From Chthoniobacterales bacterium (GTDB taxonomy: Bacteria; Verrucomicrobiota; Verrucomicrobiia; Chthoniobacterales; Chthoniobacteraceae), in contig JBBQZX010000018.1 of NCBI GenBank assembly GCA_038207335.1, positions 1 through 64,000 of the forward strand: DNA of 64,000 nucleotides, given 5' to 3'. The notes under the pieces were generated by a model, which did no database searches, was not told the DNA's origin, and saw only the letters and a program-made list of their open reading frames with translations. Both the position numbers and the translations under genes were made by a program. Positions 48,530 to 58,492 of the stretch are shown here, piece after piece; positions within the stretch are counted from its first letter, which is position 1; each line of letters opens with the position of its first letter.

Positions 48530-48564
48530 GCAATCAGCGATCAGAAATCAGCATTCAGCGATCT
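48530..48564. repeat. 7-bp degenerate tandem repeat x5
   Basis: gcaatca gcgatca gaaatca gcattca gcgatct. Confidence 0.8.
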
Positions 48565-48758
48565 CACTTCCCGCGCCCGATCCGGTCGCTCTCGTCCTTT
48601 TTCCGCTCTACCTTTTTCCCGTAGAGCGACTGCAAAGTCTGGAACTCCTTGCTGGCATTTTCCGAAAAATTTGCCGGTCCGTGCTCGAAAAGCACAGTGA
48701 ATGCGAACGTCGCGGCGAGGAAGATCGCGAACCAAAATAGCGAGCGGATGAGACCCAT
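48564..48758 (-). CDS. Small membrane protein
   Basis: MGLIRSLFWFAIFLAATFAFTVLFEHG...; one TM plus a charged tail. Confidence 0.65.
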   Translation of the reverse strand: MGLIRSLFWFAIFLAATFAFTVLFEHGPANFSENASKEFQTLQSLYGKKVERKKDESDRIGRGK

Positions 48759-48861
48759 GACACGCGAGTTACTGCAATTCTCGCGCCACGGCAATCGGTT
48801 TTGAGCCCCGCGTGATTTCCGCTTGCCCGCTGCCCACGCGCCTGCGCATTCGCCACGGCAC

Positions 48862-49416
48862 ATGACCGATTATTTCGTGCTCCTCGGCCAGCCACGCCAC
48901 GCCTGGCTCGATATCGATGGACTGAAAGCCGCCTTTCATCAACGCGCCGCCACGCTCCATCCCGATGTTGCCGCCACCGGCGACGCCCACGCATTCGCCG
49001 AGTTGAATGTCGCGCATTCCACCCTCCGCGATCCCGTCACGCGGCTGCGGCACCTTCTCGAACTCGACCATACGGAATCCCTCGTCGCCCCGCGCCAAAT
49101 CCCGCCCTCGCTCGCCGATCTTTTCATGCGCCTCGCCGACGCACGCACCCGCCTCGACGCCTTTCTCGCCCGCGAAGCTGCCGCCTCCAGCGCCCTCACC
49201 CGAGCACTTTTACATGGTGAAAAATCGCGCCTTCGCGACGAATGGATCGCCTTGCAAACAACGCTCGAAGCCGCGGTAGCCGCGCAACTCAATCGCCTGC
49301 AAACGCTGGATGCGAACTCCTCCCCAAGCGGCGACGCCCTCGCCGAATCGCACCAGCACCTCACCTACCTCACCCGCTTCGCCGCCCAAATTCGCGAGGC
49401 GCTCCTCACGCTGTAG
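48862..49416 (+). CDS. J-domain co-chaperone, HscB-like
   Basis: DYFVLLG...LHPD...LNVAHSTLRDPVTRLRHLL, followed by a helical C-terminus as in HscB. Confidence 0.75.
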   Translation: MTDYFVLLGQPRHAWLDIDGLKAAFHQRAATLHPDVAATGDAHAFAELNVAHSTLRDPVTRLRHLLELDHTESLVAPRQIPPSLADLFMRLADARTRLDAFLAREAAASSALTRALLHGEKSRLRDEWIALQTTLEAAVAAQLNRLQTLDANSSPSGDALAESHQHLTYLTRFAAQIREALLTL

Positions 49417-49438
49417 GCGGGTCGCCGATCCCACCTAC
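49413..49438. repeat. GTAG-type REP-like palindrome between convergent genes
   Basis: GTAGGCGGGTCGCCGATCCCACCTAC. Confidence 0.55.
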
Positions 49439-50709
49439 ACCCGTGTCATCCAGGCGTGGATCGCCTCCGCTTTCCACGAGAGCCCAGCCGCGAGCGCGAC
49501 CAGCAGTAAGGCAGCCACATCGCGCCGCCCAAAACAATCCGCCCGCCCGCGACCGCGGATGAAATTCAGCAGCGCCCCGGTCGGGCAGCCGTAATGGCAA
49601 TACGCCATCGGCACGAAAAGCGACGCGACCAGCCCCGCGACGGCGATCGCTATCGTCACCGCGCCTGCCGTTTTCACCACATACGCATCGAACGGCTCCA
49701 GATGCGCCAGCTCGATCGGAAGCGAAAGCAGCGTCACAAAAAGTACCACTGCGAGCAGCAGCGGCGGCAGCCAGCGCAAACCGGCATCCAGCCCGTGTGG
49801 CACGCCGATGCGCCAGCGCCGCGGCGCAATGCGATGGAGGATTTCCTGCGCCGCGCCATGCGGGCAAATCTGCTGGCAATAGAGCGCCTTCCCGCTCACC
49901 CACGGCACCGCGAGCGCCGCTGCGAGCAGCAGCACGAGTCCCGGCGCAGTCCGCCACGGCACCCCCGATTCCGCCCAGCCCTCGAAGATCGACTGCGACA
50001 GCAAATCCCCGCTCACGAACCCGACGTAACCGATCACCAGCGCCTGAAATCCGCGCCGCAGCCACGCCCGCCCATACGTCCCCGTGAACGCCAACACGAG
50101 CCCCGCCGCAATCACCGCCGCGAGCCCCGAGTCGTGCCACCGCCAGCGGATCGGCGGTGGCCGCACCGCGAGCGCGGCGTCGGCGGATTGCAGTCGCCGC
50201 ATGATTCCCTCCGCCATCGCCATGCTCGTCATCGTCGCGCCGCTCACCCCCTCGATCCCCTCCTCTTCCGGCGTCCGCCGCGCGACTTCATCCCACGATT
50301 TTCCGTTCCACGTTTTGAGAAAAGTGCGGTCGTCACGCACGTCGCCGACATGCTCACGAGTGTCCTGGCTCGCATGAATCCGAACCCCCACCACGTGCAG
50401 CGCCGGATCGAACGCAACCAGCGAATCCGTCCACCCGCGATACCCCACGATTCCATCCGCAAACGGCGAAGTCCGCAGCACATAACCCAGCTCGTTCCCG
50501 TCCGCATCGCGCACCCACATCCCCGCACGCTCACCCGCATCCGGGCTCAGTTCCGCTACCGTCGGATAAATCTCGCGCACTTCATCGAGAGCAATCGGCG
50601 CGTGCCCCTCGATCCGCAGCCGCACTGCGTGAGCGCGGATGATCCACGCGATCGCGACGAGCACGGCGAGCCGGTAGATTTGGAGAAAAGCATGCCGACT
50701 CGAAAACAT
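49435..50709 (-). CDS. FMN-binding plus NosR/NapH-like Fe-S membrane protein
   Basis: Flavinylation motif GVSGATMTS; CQQICPHG and CHYGCPTG; several TMs. Confidence 0.85.
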   Translation of the reverse strand: MFSSRHAFLQIYRLAVLVAIAWIIRAHAVRLRIEGHAPIALDEVREIYPTVAELSPDAGERAGMWVRDADGNELGYVLRTSPFADGIVGYRGWTDSLVAFDPALHVVGVRIHASQDTREHVGDVRDDRTFLKTWNGKSWDEVARRTPEEEGIEGVSGATMTSMAMAEGIMRRLQSADAALAVRPPPIRWRWHDSGLAAVIAAGLVLAFTGTYGRAWLRRGFQALVIGYVGFVSGDLLSQSIFEGWAESGVPWRTAPGLVLLLAAALAVPWVSGKALYCQQICPHGAAQEILHRIAPRRWRIGVPHGLDAGLRWLPPLLLAVVLFVTLLSLPIELAHLEPFDAYVVKTAGAVTIAIAVAGLVASLFVPMAYCHYGCPTGALLNFIRGRGRADCFGRRDVAALLLVALAAGLSWKAEAIHAWMTRV

Positions 50710-50742
50710 CGCAAGACGGGATTTTGAGCCGCCTCGCTCGCC

Positions 50743-53031
50743 TCACGGCACCGGCAAAAGCTGCACGACATCCGCGTGGACATTTCCATCCGCAGGCGCT
50801 CCACCGAGCATCACGACCGCAGGCTTCGCCGGGTCGAAATGGAACACGCCGAGCGAATTGAACCCGCCCGGAAGCGCCGAGGCTACGCGCTGATTCACCG
50901 TCAATTTCTTCACCCCATCCGCGCTCTCGATCGTCACCGGCGCATTCGTTGCGCGGTTCTCATGGACGCCCGGACTGAGCCGCACATCATACTTGCCCGC
51001 TTTCGCGATCTTGAATTCGTACCGCGCCGCGCCGTCGTCATTCGCGCTGCGATAGCGGTATCCATTTCCAAAATATCCTGGCAGCCCGCTGCCCTCCGTC
51101 CATTTTCCCGTCAGCTTCGCCTGCGAATCGTCGAGCGCGAGCCCCGGCAGCGCGGCGACCGGCAAACCCGGCACGCCAACGAGCTTCACCGGCTGCACCG
51201 GCGGCGGCTTGAAGCCCGCCGGCAGATGAATCGGCGCATCCACCGTTTCGCGCCGCGCGACGCCATTCAGCGCGAGCATCTCCTTCAGTTCGGGAAAGTA
51301 GCGCTCATAAATTTCGCGAGGCGTGCATTGATGCTTCACGCACAACGACGCCGCCTTTCCCACGACCTCGCCGATCATCCCGCCAGTCTTCATCACGCGC
51401 ACTGTGCCGAGCGCCTCATGCGTCACGCTGATGTCGCGCCCGGCCATGAAAAGGTTGTCGATATTCCGCGAATACATGCAGCGATACGGCACCGGATACC
51501 CGTGCTCGCGATCGACTTTTTTGTCGAAAATCGCCTTCGAGATGAACGGGTTTTCCGGGAATTTTTTCGCGTATTGCTCTTTCGGATAATGCAGATCGAT
51601 GTCCCAAGTCGTCGGCACCGTGCCGTCGGGAAATGGCCGCTTTTCCGCGATGTCCTCGCGCGTCAGCAGGACATCGCCGAGAAGTTGCCGCGACTCGCGC
51701 GTGCCGCCGATGTAGGCGATCCATTCGAGCCGCGCATTCGCGTGCTCCGCCTTGCCGCCCTTGTTTTTCATCGCGTCGAATGCGCCGAAAATCGCGCGTA
51801 GATTCCAGTCGCGCGTCTCCTCCAGCCCGGTGATCGGATTCACATTGAAGCCGCCCTCCCAAAACCATTCCGCGTGTCCGCGGCGCGGATACGGAAAGTC
51901 ATCCATCTCGAGATTCAGCGCCCACGGCACCGACGGAAAAGTCTGCGACGTCTCGGCCGTGTCCCATCGCCACATATTGCTCATGCCGAGATGCTCCGTC
52001 TCGCGCACCGTGAGTTGCGCGCCCGCGAGTGCGCCCACCGTGCCGTGCCCCGTGCAATCGACAAAAAGCCGCCCGGAAAATTTGCGCCGCGCGCTCGTCC
52101 GCGTGTCGAGCGAAGTGACCGACGCGACGCGCTTCGGGTCCGCCATTTCCACCTCGACGACGTGGTTGTTCAGGAAAAGTGAGATGTTCTTTTCAGCCCG
52201 CACCAGCGCCTCTTTTTTGTCGTCGCCGAACTCCTCAAACGTCCCCGGAGACGCCTTCGCCTGATCCATGAATTCCTCCACGATCTCGCCGAGATTCGGG
52301 TAAAGCCCGCGCCGAATCCCGCCCATCGCCCACACCCGAATTTCGCTCGACCCATTTCCGCCGAGCACCGGTCGATCCTGCACCAGAGCCACCTTGCAGC
52401 CCATGCGTGCCGCCGAGAGCGCCGACCCCATGCCCGCGTAGCCGCCGCCGACAACCACCAAATCATACGTCCCGGCATCCGCCGGTTTCTCCGGCAAGCC
52501 GAGCGTCGCGAGCCGCCATTTCGCGAGCGCCGCCGCGTCGTTCGGCGGCGTGGCGGACGGATCTTTCGTGAAAAAGATCGCGTCGCAGCGTCCGTTGAAT
52601 CCCGTCAGATCATGCAGCGCCAGCGTCGTCGTCGACTGCGCGATTTCCACCGTCCCACCATTCTGCCATGCCCACTCCGCGCCATTCGTTCCGAACGTTT
52701 CCGGCAGCGCCTTGCCATCCACCACGATCTGAAATTTCCCCGGCGCGCCCGGAGCTTTCCACTGCGCGACCCAATCCTTCGTTCGCACAAAGACGCGATA
52801 TTTCCCCGCGCCCGGAAATGTAACCGTAGTGGTTGCATCTTTCACCGGCGCGCCCATCCCGTGCGCCATGAGATACGGCGAGCCCATGATCTCGATGAAC
52901 TGCGTGTCGAGCACCCAGCCACCGGGATTTTCAAAACTCTCCGCCTCGACCAAAAGCTGGTCCGCCGCCATCGCGCGCGCGACCGCGAATACCACCGCCG
53001 CCGCTGCGGCCAAATACGTGGGAAGCCGCAT
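50743..53031 (-). CDS. Secreted FAD-dependent oxidoreductase with beta-sandwich accessory domains
   Basis: Signal peptide; VVVGGGYAG, LGGNGSSE, DCTGHG, RESR, NLFMAGR and GTVRVM motifs; C-terminal VHADVVQL domain. Confidence 0.85.
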   Translation of the reverse strand: MRLPTYLAAAAAVVFAVARAMAADQLLVEAESFENPGGWVLDTQFIEIMGSPYLMAHGMGAPVKDATTTVTFPGAGKYRVFVRTKDWVAQWKAPGAPGKFQIVVDGKALPETFGTNGAEWAWQNGGTVEIAQSTTTLALHDLTGFNGRCDAIFFTKDPSATPPNDAAALAKWRLATLGLPEKPADAGTYDLVVVGGGYAGMGSALSAARMGCKVALVQDRPVLGGNGSSEIRVWAMGGIRRGLYPNLGEIVEEFMDQAKASPGTFEEFGDDKKEALVRAEKNISLFLNNHVVEVEMADPKRVASVTSLDTRTSARRKFSGRLFVDCTGHGTVGALAGAQLTVRETEHLGMSNMWRWDTAETSQTFPSVPWALNLEMDDFPYPRRGHAEWFWEGGFNVNPITGLEETRDWNLRAIFGAFDAMKNKGGKAEHANARLEWIAYIGGTRESRQLLGDVLLTREDIAEKRPFPDGTVPTTWDIDLHYPKEQYAKKFPENPFISKAIFDKKVDREHGYPVPYRCMYSRNIDNLFMAGRDISVTHEALGTVRVMKTGGMIGEVVGKAASLCVKHQCTPREIYERYFPELKEMLALNGVARRETVDAPIHLPAGFKPPPVQPVKLVGVPGLPVAALPGLALDDSQAKLTGKWTEGSGLPGYFGNGYRYRSANDDGAARYEFKIAKAGKYDVRLSPGVHENRATNAPVTIESADGVKKLTVNQRVASALPGGFNSLGVFHFDPAKPAVVMLGGAPADGNVHADVVQLLPVP

Positions 53032-53037
53032 GGTCGC

Positions 53038-53472
53038 TTACTTCACGACCGGCTTGCCCGCTTCCTTCCACGCCCTGAAGCCGCCATTCATGTGCAGGAT
53101 CGACGGCACTTTCAACGCCTCAACTTTCGGCAAAACCTGCCCGCTGCGCCCCCCCGCCGCGCAATGCAAAACGATCGGCTGCGTGGGATCGAGCGCCGCG
53201 ATCTTCTCGTCGAAATCGGGATCGACCGAGCTGATGTTTTTCGCCCCCTCGATGTGCCCATCCGCAAATTCTCGAGGAGTCCGCACATCCAAAATCGTAA
53301 CCTTCGGATTGCTCGCGATGAGCTTCGCCACGTCATCCGGCGTCCCATTCGAGACGCGCGGTGCAGGAGCCTGCGGCGCTCTAGCCTTCACTGGCTCAGT
53401 CTTTTCCGTCGGTGCGGCAAAAAGCGGGGATGCAATAAGTGCGAGAGCGATGAGGAGCGGTGAAGTTTTCAT
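53038..53472 (-). CDS. Exported rhodanese-like protein
   Basis: Signal peptide; LDVRTPREF..GHIEGA; active-site loop HCAAGGRS. Confidence 0.88.
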   Translation of the reverse strand: MKTSPLLIALALIASPLFAAPTEKTEPVKARAPQAPAPRVSNGTPDDVAKLIASNPKVTILDVRTPREFADGHIEGAKNISSVDPDFDEKIAALDPTQPIVLHCAAGGRSGQVLPKVEALKVPSILHMNGGFRAWKEAGKPVVK

Positions 53473-53614
53473 GGGAAGCTGATTCAAGCGAGTTGCGACA
53501 GCCGCGCAAGCGGGCTGTTAACATCGCAGATTTCCCACCTCCTAGAATGCCGGAAAGGACGCTGACCAAATTCGTGTTGAAAGTCGCAAGCGTCGGAGTA
53601 TCCATCGCAGACAA

Positions 53615-54475
53615 ATGCGGTATTCCCCTTTGTTCATTTCCGCCGTCGCCTCTCTAGCTCTGTTGAGTGCATCACATGCCGCGAGCGTCACTCTTGCCGG
53701 TTCCATCACCGGCCTTCCCGGAGCCAACAACGACCAGATCGACGGCTGGCGCTCTACCAACTTTCTCAAGAACTTCGACCCCGACGGCGACAACATCTAC
53801 GGCACCGCTGGTTACGTCCTCTACGGCACCGACGCGGCAGTCAACAGCACCGCCGGCAGCGTCCAGACCGCCGACCCCCTCACCTTCAATAACGGAGTCA
53901 TCCGCACCCTCAACTCCGTCCCCGGTTACCTCACCCTCGCCAACAGTCTCAACGGCCAGAACCAGCTCGCCAGTAGCTACGGGTACAAACTGTTCGACGA
54001 CCCTACCCAGCCCACCGGCCCCACCGTCTCCGACGTCGAGAGCGGAGCCGCCCTGCGCGGAGGCGTTGCCCTTGGCACCGAGTCCCCTCTCCTGAACATC
54101 ACCATTGGCACCGGCTTCCCCACCGCCGGGCTCCGCATCGGCCTCATCTACGACAACACCGACAACTACGCGGGCTACTTCCGACTCACGCAGACCACCG
54201 GCGGCGGCGCCACCAGCACCTTCACCTTCGGCGTCGTCCCCGCCGGACAGGAGCTCGGGCTCGCCTTTTTCGACCTCAGCGGCGTCGTGCAGGGCGACGT
54301 TTTCACTCTCTACGGCGCAAAGGATGGCCCTACCCAGCCCACAGGCGGCAACTCCAACACCAACGTCATCTACGGCGGCCTCAGCTTCGACGTCGTCCCC
54401 GAGCCCACCAGCGCCGGCCTTCTCCTCCTCGGCGGTGCGCTCATCGGCATGAAGCGTCGGCAGCGCCTACTCTGA
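53615..54475 (+). CDS. PEP-CTERM sorting domain protein
   Basis: Signal peptide; C-terminal VPEPTS, TM, then KRRQR. Confidence 0.92.
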   Translation: MRYSPLFISAVASLALLSASHAASVTLAGSITGLPGANNDQIDGWRSTNFLKNFDPDGDNIYGTAGYVLYGTDAAVNSTAGSVQTADPLTFNNGVIRTLNSVPGYLTLANSLNGQNQLASSYGYKLFDDPTQPTGPTVSDVESGAALRGGVALGTESPLLNITIGTGFPTAGLRIGLIYDNTDNYAGYFRLTQTTGGGATSTFTFGVVPAGQELGLAFFDLSGVVQGDVFTLYGAKDGPTQPTGGNSNTNVIYGGLSFDVVPEPTSAGLLLLGGALIGMKRRQRLL

Positions 54476-54611
54476 GATCGGAAATTTTGGGCGCTGGGGT
54501 CGGTGAACGAATCACGCGCAGCGATGAGGTTGCATCGCGCGCGACTTCTCCGCTAATGGTTCGCGCTCGCGCAGGTTCTCCTGCCTGCCCAAACTCCCAC
54601 ACATCACACAC

Positions 54612-55385
54612 ATGAAACTGCTCTCGTCACTCCTCGTCCTCGCCACGCTCGGCACCGCCGCCGCTCACGCCGCGGACGCTCCCGTCCTCAATGTCCCCGA
54701 CCTCCCCGCGCGCAACAGCGCTGCGGGTGAGCACAAAATTTTCAACGGCAAAGACCTCGAAGGCTGGTCTGGAAACCCAGAGCTCTGGTCGGTGGAAAAC
54801 GGCGCGATCACTGGTAAGACGACCGCCGAGCATCCGACCAAACATAACACCTTCCTCGTCTATACCGACGGCGAAGTCGGTGACTTCGAACTCACTTTCA
54901 AATATAAGATCGTCCCCGGCGACGACAAAGGCTTTGGCAACTCCGGCGTGCAATATCGCAGCAAAGTCCTGCAACCCGGCGAGAGCGGCCCGATCATCGG
55001 AGGCTATCAGGCGGACTTCGAGTGCGGGAAAACTTACTCCGGCATCCTGTATGAAGAGAAAATGCGCGGCATCCTCGCCAAGCGCGGCGAGAAAACGGTG
55101 ATCAAGTCAGACCCCGCGGATCCGAAAAAACCGATCATCGAAGTCGTCGGCAAAGTCGGCGACAGCGACGAGATTCAGAAGAGCATCAACAAGGACGATT
55201 GGAACGACTACAAGATCATCGCGAAGGGCAACCACCTTCAGCATTTCATTAACGGAATGCAGACGATCGACGTGACCGACGAGACGCCCGAAGGCGCGAA
55301 AACGGGCGTGCTCGCGCTGCAACTCCACGCCGGCGCACCGATGACGGTGCAGTTCGCCGACATGGTCTTGAAGACGCTGAAATAG
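54612..55385 (+). CDS. DUF1080 (3-keto-disaccharide hydrolase family) protein
   Basis: IFNGKDLEGW, NSGVQYRS, GYQAD and GVLALQLH motifs. Confidence 0.92.
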   Translation: MKLLSSLLVLATLGTAAAHAADAPVLNVPDLPARNSAAGEHKIFNGKDLEGWSGNPELWSVENGAITGKTTAEHPTKHNTFLVYTDGEVGDFELTFKYKIVPGDDKGFGNSGVQYRSKVLQPGESGPIIGGYQADFECGKTYSGILYEEKMRGILAKRGEKTVIKSDPADPKKPIIEVVGKVGDSDEIQKSINKDDWNDYKIIAKGNHLQHFINGMQTIDVTDETPEGAKTGVLALQLHAGAPMTVQFADMVLKTLK

Positions 55386-55431
55386 CCGGCGCCGGTGGCG
55401 GGAATCGCCAACCGGCACCGACTCAAAATTT

Positions 55432-55465
55432 AAAACGCCGCCCACTCTCAGGGCGGCGTTTTTTT
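55432..55465 (+). terminator. Rho-independent terminator, probably bidirectional
   Basis: aaaacgccgccc-actctca-gggcggcgttttttt between convergent genes. Confidence 0.85.
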
Positions 55466-55554
55466 GTTTGGGTGGATCGGAGCCGGAGCGGCTGCGCGAA
55501 TCCGCGCCTCCTTTAACCGCTCGCCGGGATCGTTGATCAGCTACAGCGCTCGGG

Positions 55555-56814
55555 TCACCGCGGCGCGAGAGTGTCGAGTTTGCGTTTCCATTCCTGCGCG
55601 GTTTTCCGCTGACCGCTCGCGGCGTAGAAATGAAGCAGCCGTTTGGAAATCGCCGCGAGGCGTTGCTTGTCAGGCTCCGCGGCAGGCGCCCCCAGCGGTT
55701 CGATGATGTCGCCCACGGCTTTAAACTCAGCCCCCGCCTCCGCGTCTTTGTTTTTTTGAAAGAGGGCTACTCCCAGAATGCTGTGCGCATCTGCGGCAGG
55801 CCAGCCGGCGATGTCTTGCGCGGCGAGGATTTCGAGCCATTCACGCGCGGCGATTTCCGCTTCGGCATATTTTCTTTTTTCCAGATTTTCCGTCGCCACT
55901 GCCGCCGCGCGATCCGCTGCGGACTCGGCATTTGTCGGCGGTGCCACTGGTGCCACTGGTGCCACTGGTGCCGTTGAGACGACCGGACGAACCGGCGACG
56001 CAGTCACTTGAGCCGCGGAAGGCGAACGCTGCTCCTCGAGTTCGGCGCGCAGTTTGTCGGACTCCGCACGTGCGGCGAGCGCCTGCTGCGAGTGCGCGCT
56101 GGCCTGCGCGCGCAACTCCGCGGACTCCGCACGCAAGCCCTCGGAATCTTTCCTAAACCGCTCTGAATCCGCGCGCGCCGACTCGAGTTGCTGGCTCTGC
56201 ATCGCCGCAGTCTGCTCGCCGCGCACCGCGATTTCATCGCGTGATCGCTCCGCCGCTGCGCTCGCGGCGCGCGCCTGCTCGGCGACATTTTCGGCACGCT
56301 GGCGCGCTTCTTTTTCCTGAAAAGTGATGACCGCAAGCGCGCCGACCACCGCCGCCAAAACCGTGGCCGTGATCCACGGAAAAGTATTCGAGCGAAACGG
56401 CGCGGTCGCAGTCGCGAGCTGCCGAGCGGACATCGGCACGAGCGCCACCGCCGACGGATGCGCGCCTCCCTGCGGCTCGGCAACGCGTACGAGATCGGTG
56501 CTCGTCGGCGCACCTTTTTTCTCATCGCCGTCGGCTGGAACTGGCGCGGATTTCCAGACCGGCGGCACGGCACGCAGCTTCAGATTTGGCGCAGATGCAG
56601 CATCCGAGGGAGAGGCTGCGACCCTCTCGGCGACGCGTTTTTCCATCCGCTCGCGGAACTCTCCCTCCGCACCGCAAGTCGCATCGAGATACGCCGCGCG
56701 CTCCGCCGGATCTGCAAGCCCGGCAGCCACCGCGCAGATCGAATCGTTGCGCGCTTCATCGGGCGAGGCGGGCTCCGGTGGATGATCGAATGGGCGTGGA
56801 GTGAACGGTGTCAT
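55555..56814 (-). CDS. Membrane protein resembling PVC Ser/Thr kinases but lacking the kinase domain
   Basis: N-terminal DPAERAAYLDATCG; central TM; coiled coil; C-terminal TPR-like helices; no HRD, DFG or APE motifs. Confidence 0.65.
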   Translation of the reverse strand: MTPFTPRPFDHPPEPASPDEARNDSICAVAAGLADPAERAAYLDATCGAEGEFRERMEKRVAERVAASPSDAASAPNLKLRAVPPVWKSAPVPADGDEKKGAPTSTDLVRVAEPQGGAHPSAVALVPMSARQLATATAPFRSNTFPWITATVLAAVVGALAVITFQEKEARQRAENVAEQARAASAAAERSRDEIAVRGEQTAAMQSQQLESARADSERFRKDSEGLRAESAELRAQASAHSQQALAARAESDKLRAELEEQRSPSAAQVTASPVRPVVSTAPVAPVAPVAPPTNAESAADRAAAVATENLEKRKYAEAEIAAREWLEILAAQDIAGWPAADAHSILGVALFQKNKDAEAGAEFKAVGDIIEPLGAPAAEPDKQRLAAISKRLLHFYAASGQRKTAQEWKRKLDTLAPR

Positions 56815-57010
56815 CGCATGAAAAAGTCAGCGAGCGAGATAGCGCACGCCGCATGGTCTTGGCGAGATCGGCGTTCGTCTCGCGACCTCCCGCTTCTCCG
56901 CAAATCCCCGCCACACCTAAGTCCGCAGCGGCTTCGCGAATTAAGAATGCCGTCGCCAATCCCGGCGGAGCGCCGATAGATTGAGCGCTCACATTCAGTC
57001 CCACTAATCC

Positions 57011-58363
57011 ATGAACAACCCCACAAACATCATCACTCCCGACTCGCTCTCGCGCCGCACTTTCCTCAAGCGCGGCTCCGCGGGCGTCGCCGGTGCCGCA
57101 CTTCTCGGCGCCATCTCGCCCGAGCGTTTCGCTTTTGGCGCAGCCTCAAATGACACGCTGAAAATCGCACTCGTCGGCTGCGGCGGACGCGGCTCAGGCG
57201 CTGCGAATCAAGCGCTCAGCACCTACGGCCTCGGCCCGGTCAAACTCGTCGCAATGGCCGACGTCCACGAAGACCGCCTCAAGAGCTCGCTCGACAACCT
57301 GAAAAAGACGCACGCCGACCGCGTCGATGTCCCGCCGGAGAATCAATTCCTCGGCTTCGACGCATTCAAAAAAGCGATCGCACTGTGCGATGTCGCCATC
57401 CTCGCCACGCCTCCCGGGTTTCGCCCGATGATGTTCGAAGAGGCCGTGAAGCAGGGCAAAAACATCTTCATGGAGAAGCCCGTCGCCACCGATGCCGCGG
57501 GCGTGCGCAAAGTGCTCGCCGCCGCTGAGGAAGCGAAAAAGAAAAACCTCAAAGTCGGCGTCGGCCTCCAGCGGCACCACCAGGACGGATACCTCGAGAC
57601 CGTCAAGCGCCTGCAAGACGGCCAGATCGGCGACATCGTCTCCATGAGCTGCTACTGGAATGGCCAGCGCCCGTGGCAGAAAAAGCGCGTCGATCTCGAG
57701 AAGCAATACGGCCGCAAGCTCACCGAAATGGAATACCAACTGCGCAACTGGTACTACTTCACCTGGATCGGCGGCGACCACATCGTCGAGCAGCACATCC
57801 ACAATATCGACGTCATCAACTGGGTGAAAAACGCGCACCCGGTGAAGGCCCGTTGCATGGGCGGGCGCGAGATCAATCTCGGCGGCACGGATGACGGCGT
57901 GATCTTCGACCACTTCGCCACCGAGTTCGATTTCGCGGACGGATCGACCGCTTACAGCTACTGCCGGCACCAGCCCGGCTGCTGGAATAGCGTCAGCGAG
58001 CACGTCGTCGGCACGAAAGGAAAGTGCGACGTGAGCGGCCACAAAATCACCGGTGGCGACCAGTGGCGCTTCAAGAAAGAGGGCGCGAAAGACCCGTATC
58101 AGCAGGAGCACGACGACCTCTTCACCGCGATCCGCAACAACCAGGAATATAGCGAAGCGGTGCGCGGCGCGGAGAGCACGATGACCGCGATATTCGGCCG
58201 CATGGCCGGCTACTCGGGCAAGGAACTCGACTGGGACGCGGCGATCGGCTCGAAGATCGAGCTGCTCCCGAAAAACCTCGCTTGGGACGCCGAGGCACCG
58301 GTCAATCCGGGTCTGGACGGCTACTACCCGCGGGCGATCCCGGGGAAGACCGAAGTCATCTAA
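57011..58363 (+). CDS. Tat-exported Gfo/Idh/MocA family oxidoreductase
   Basis: SRRTFLK Tat motif; GCGGRG, MEKP and EQHIHNID motifs. Confidence 0.93.
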   Translation: MNNPTNIITPDSLSRRTFLKRGSAGVAGAALLGAISPERFAFGAASNDTLKIALVGCGGRGSGAANQALSTYGLGPVKLVAMADVHEDRLKSSLDNLKKTHADRVDVPPENQFLGFDAFKKAIALCDVAILATPPGFRPMMFEEAVKQGKNIFMEKPVATDAAGVRKVLAAAEEAKKKNLKVGVGLQRHHQDGYLETVKRLQDGQIGDIVSMSCYWNGQRPWQKKRVDLEKQYGRKLTEMEYQLRNWYYFTWIGGDHIVEQHIHNIDVINWVKNAHPVKARCMGGREINLGGTDDGVIFDHFATEFDFADGSTAYSYCRHQPGCWNSVSEHVVGTKGKCDVSGHKITGGDQWRFKKEGAKDPYQQEHDDLFTAIRNNQEYSEAVRGAESTMTAIFGRMAGYSGKELDWDAAIGSKIELLPKNLAWDAEAPVNPGLDGYYPRAIPGKTEVI

Positions 58364-58385
58364 TCAGCCAGCACGCTTGATTCCC

Positions 58386-58428
58386 AGCGCCCCGCGTTTC
58401 CTAAAAGCAGGAACGCGGGGCGCTTTTT
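58386..58428 (+). terminator. Rho-independent terminator
   Basis: agcgccccgcgtt...aacgcggggcgct followed by a T run. Confidence 0.85.
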
Positions 58429-58492
58429 GCGTGGGAGCCGCGCTTTCTCGAGAAGCGCGCTCCTCCAAAAAAGTCACCGCGCGGCGCGGAGT

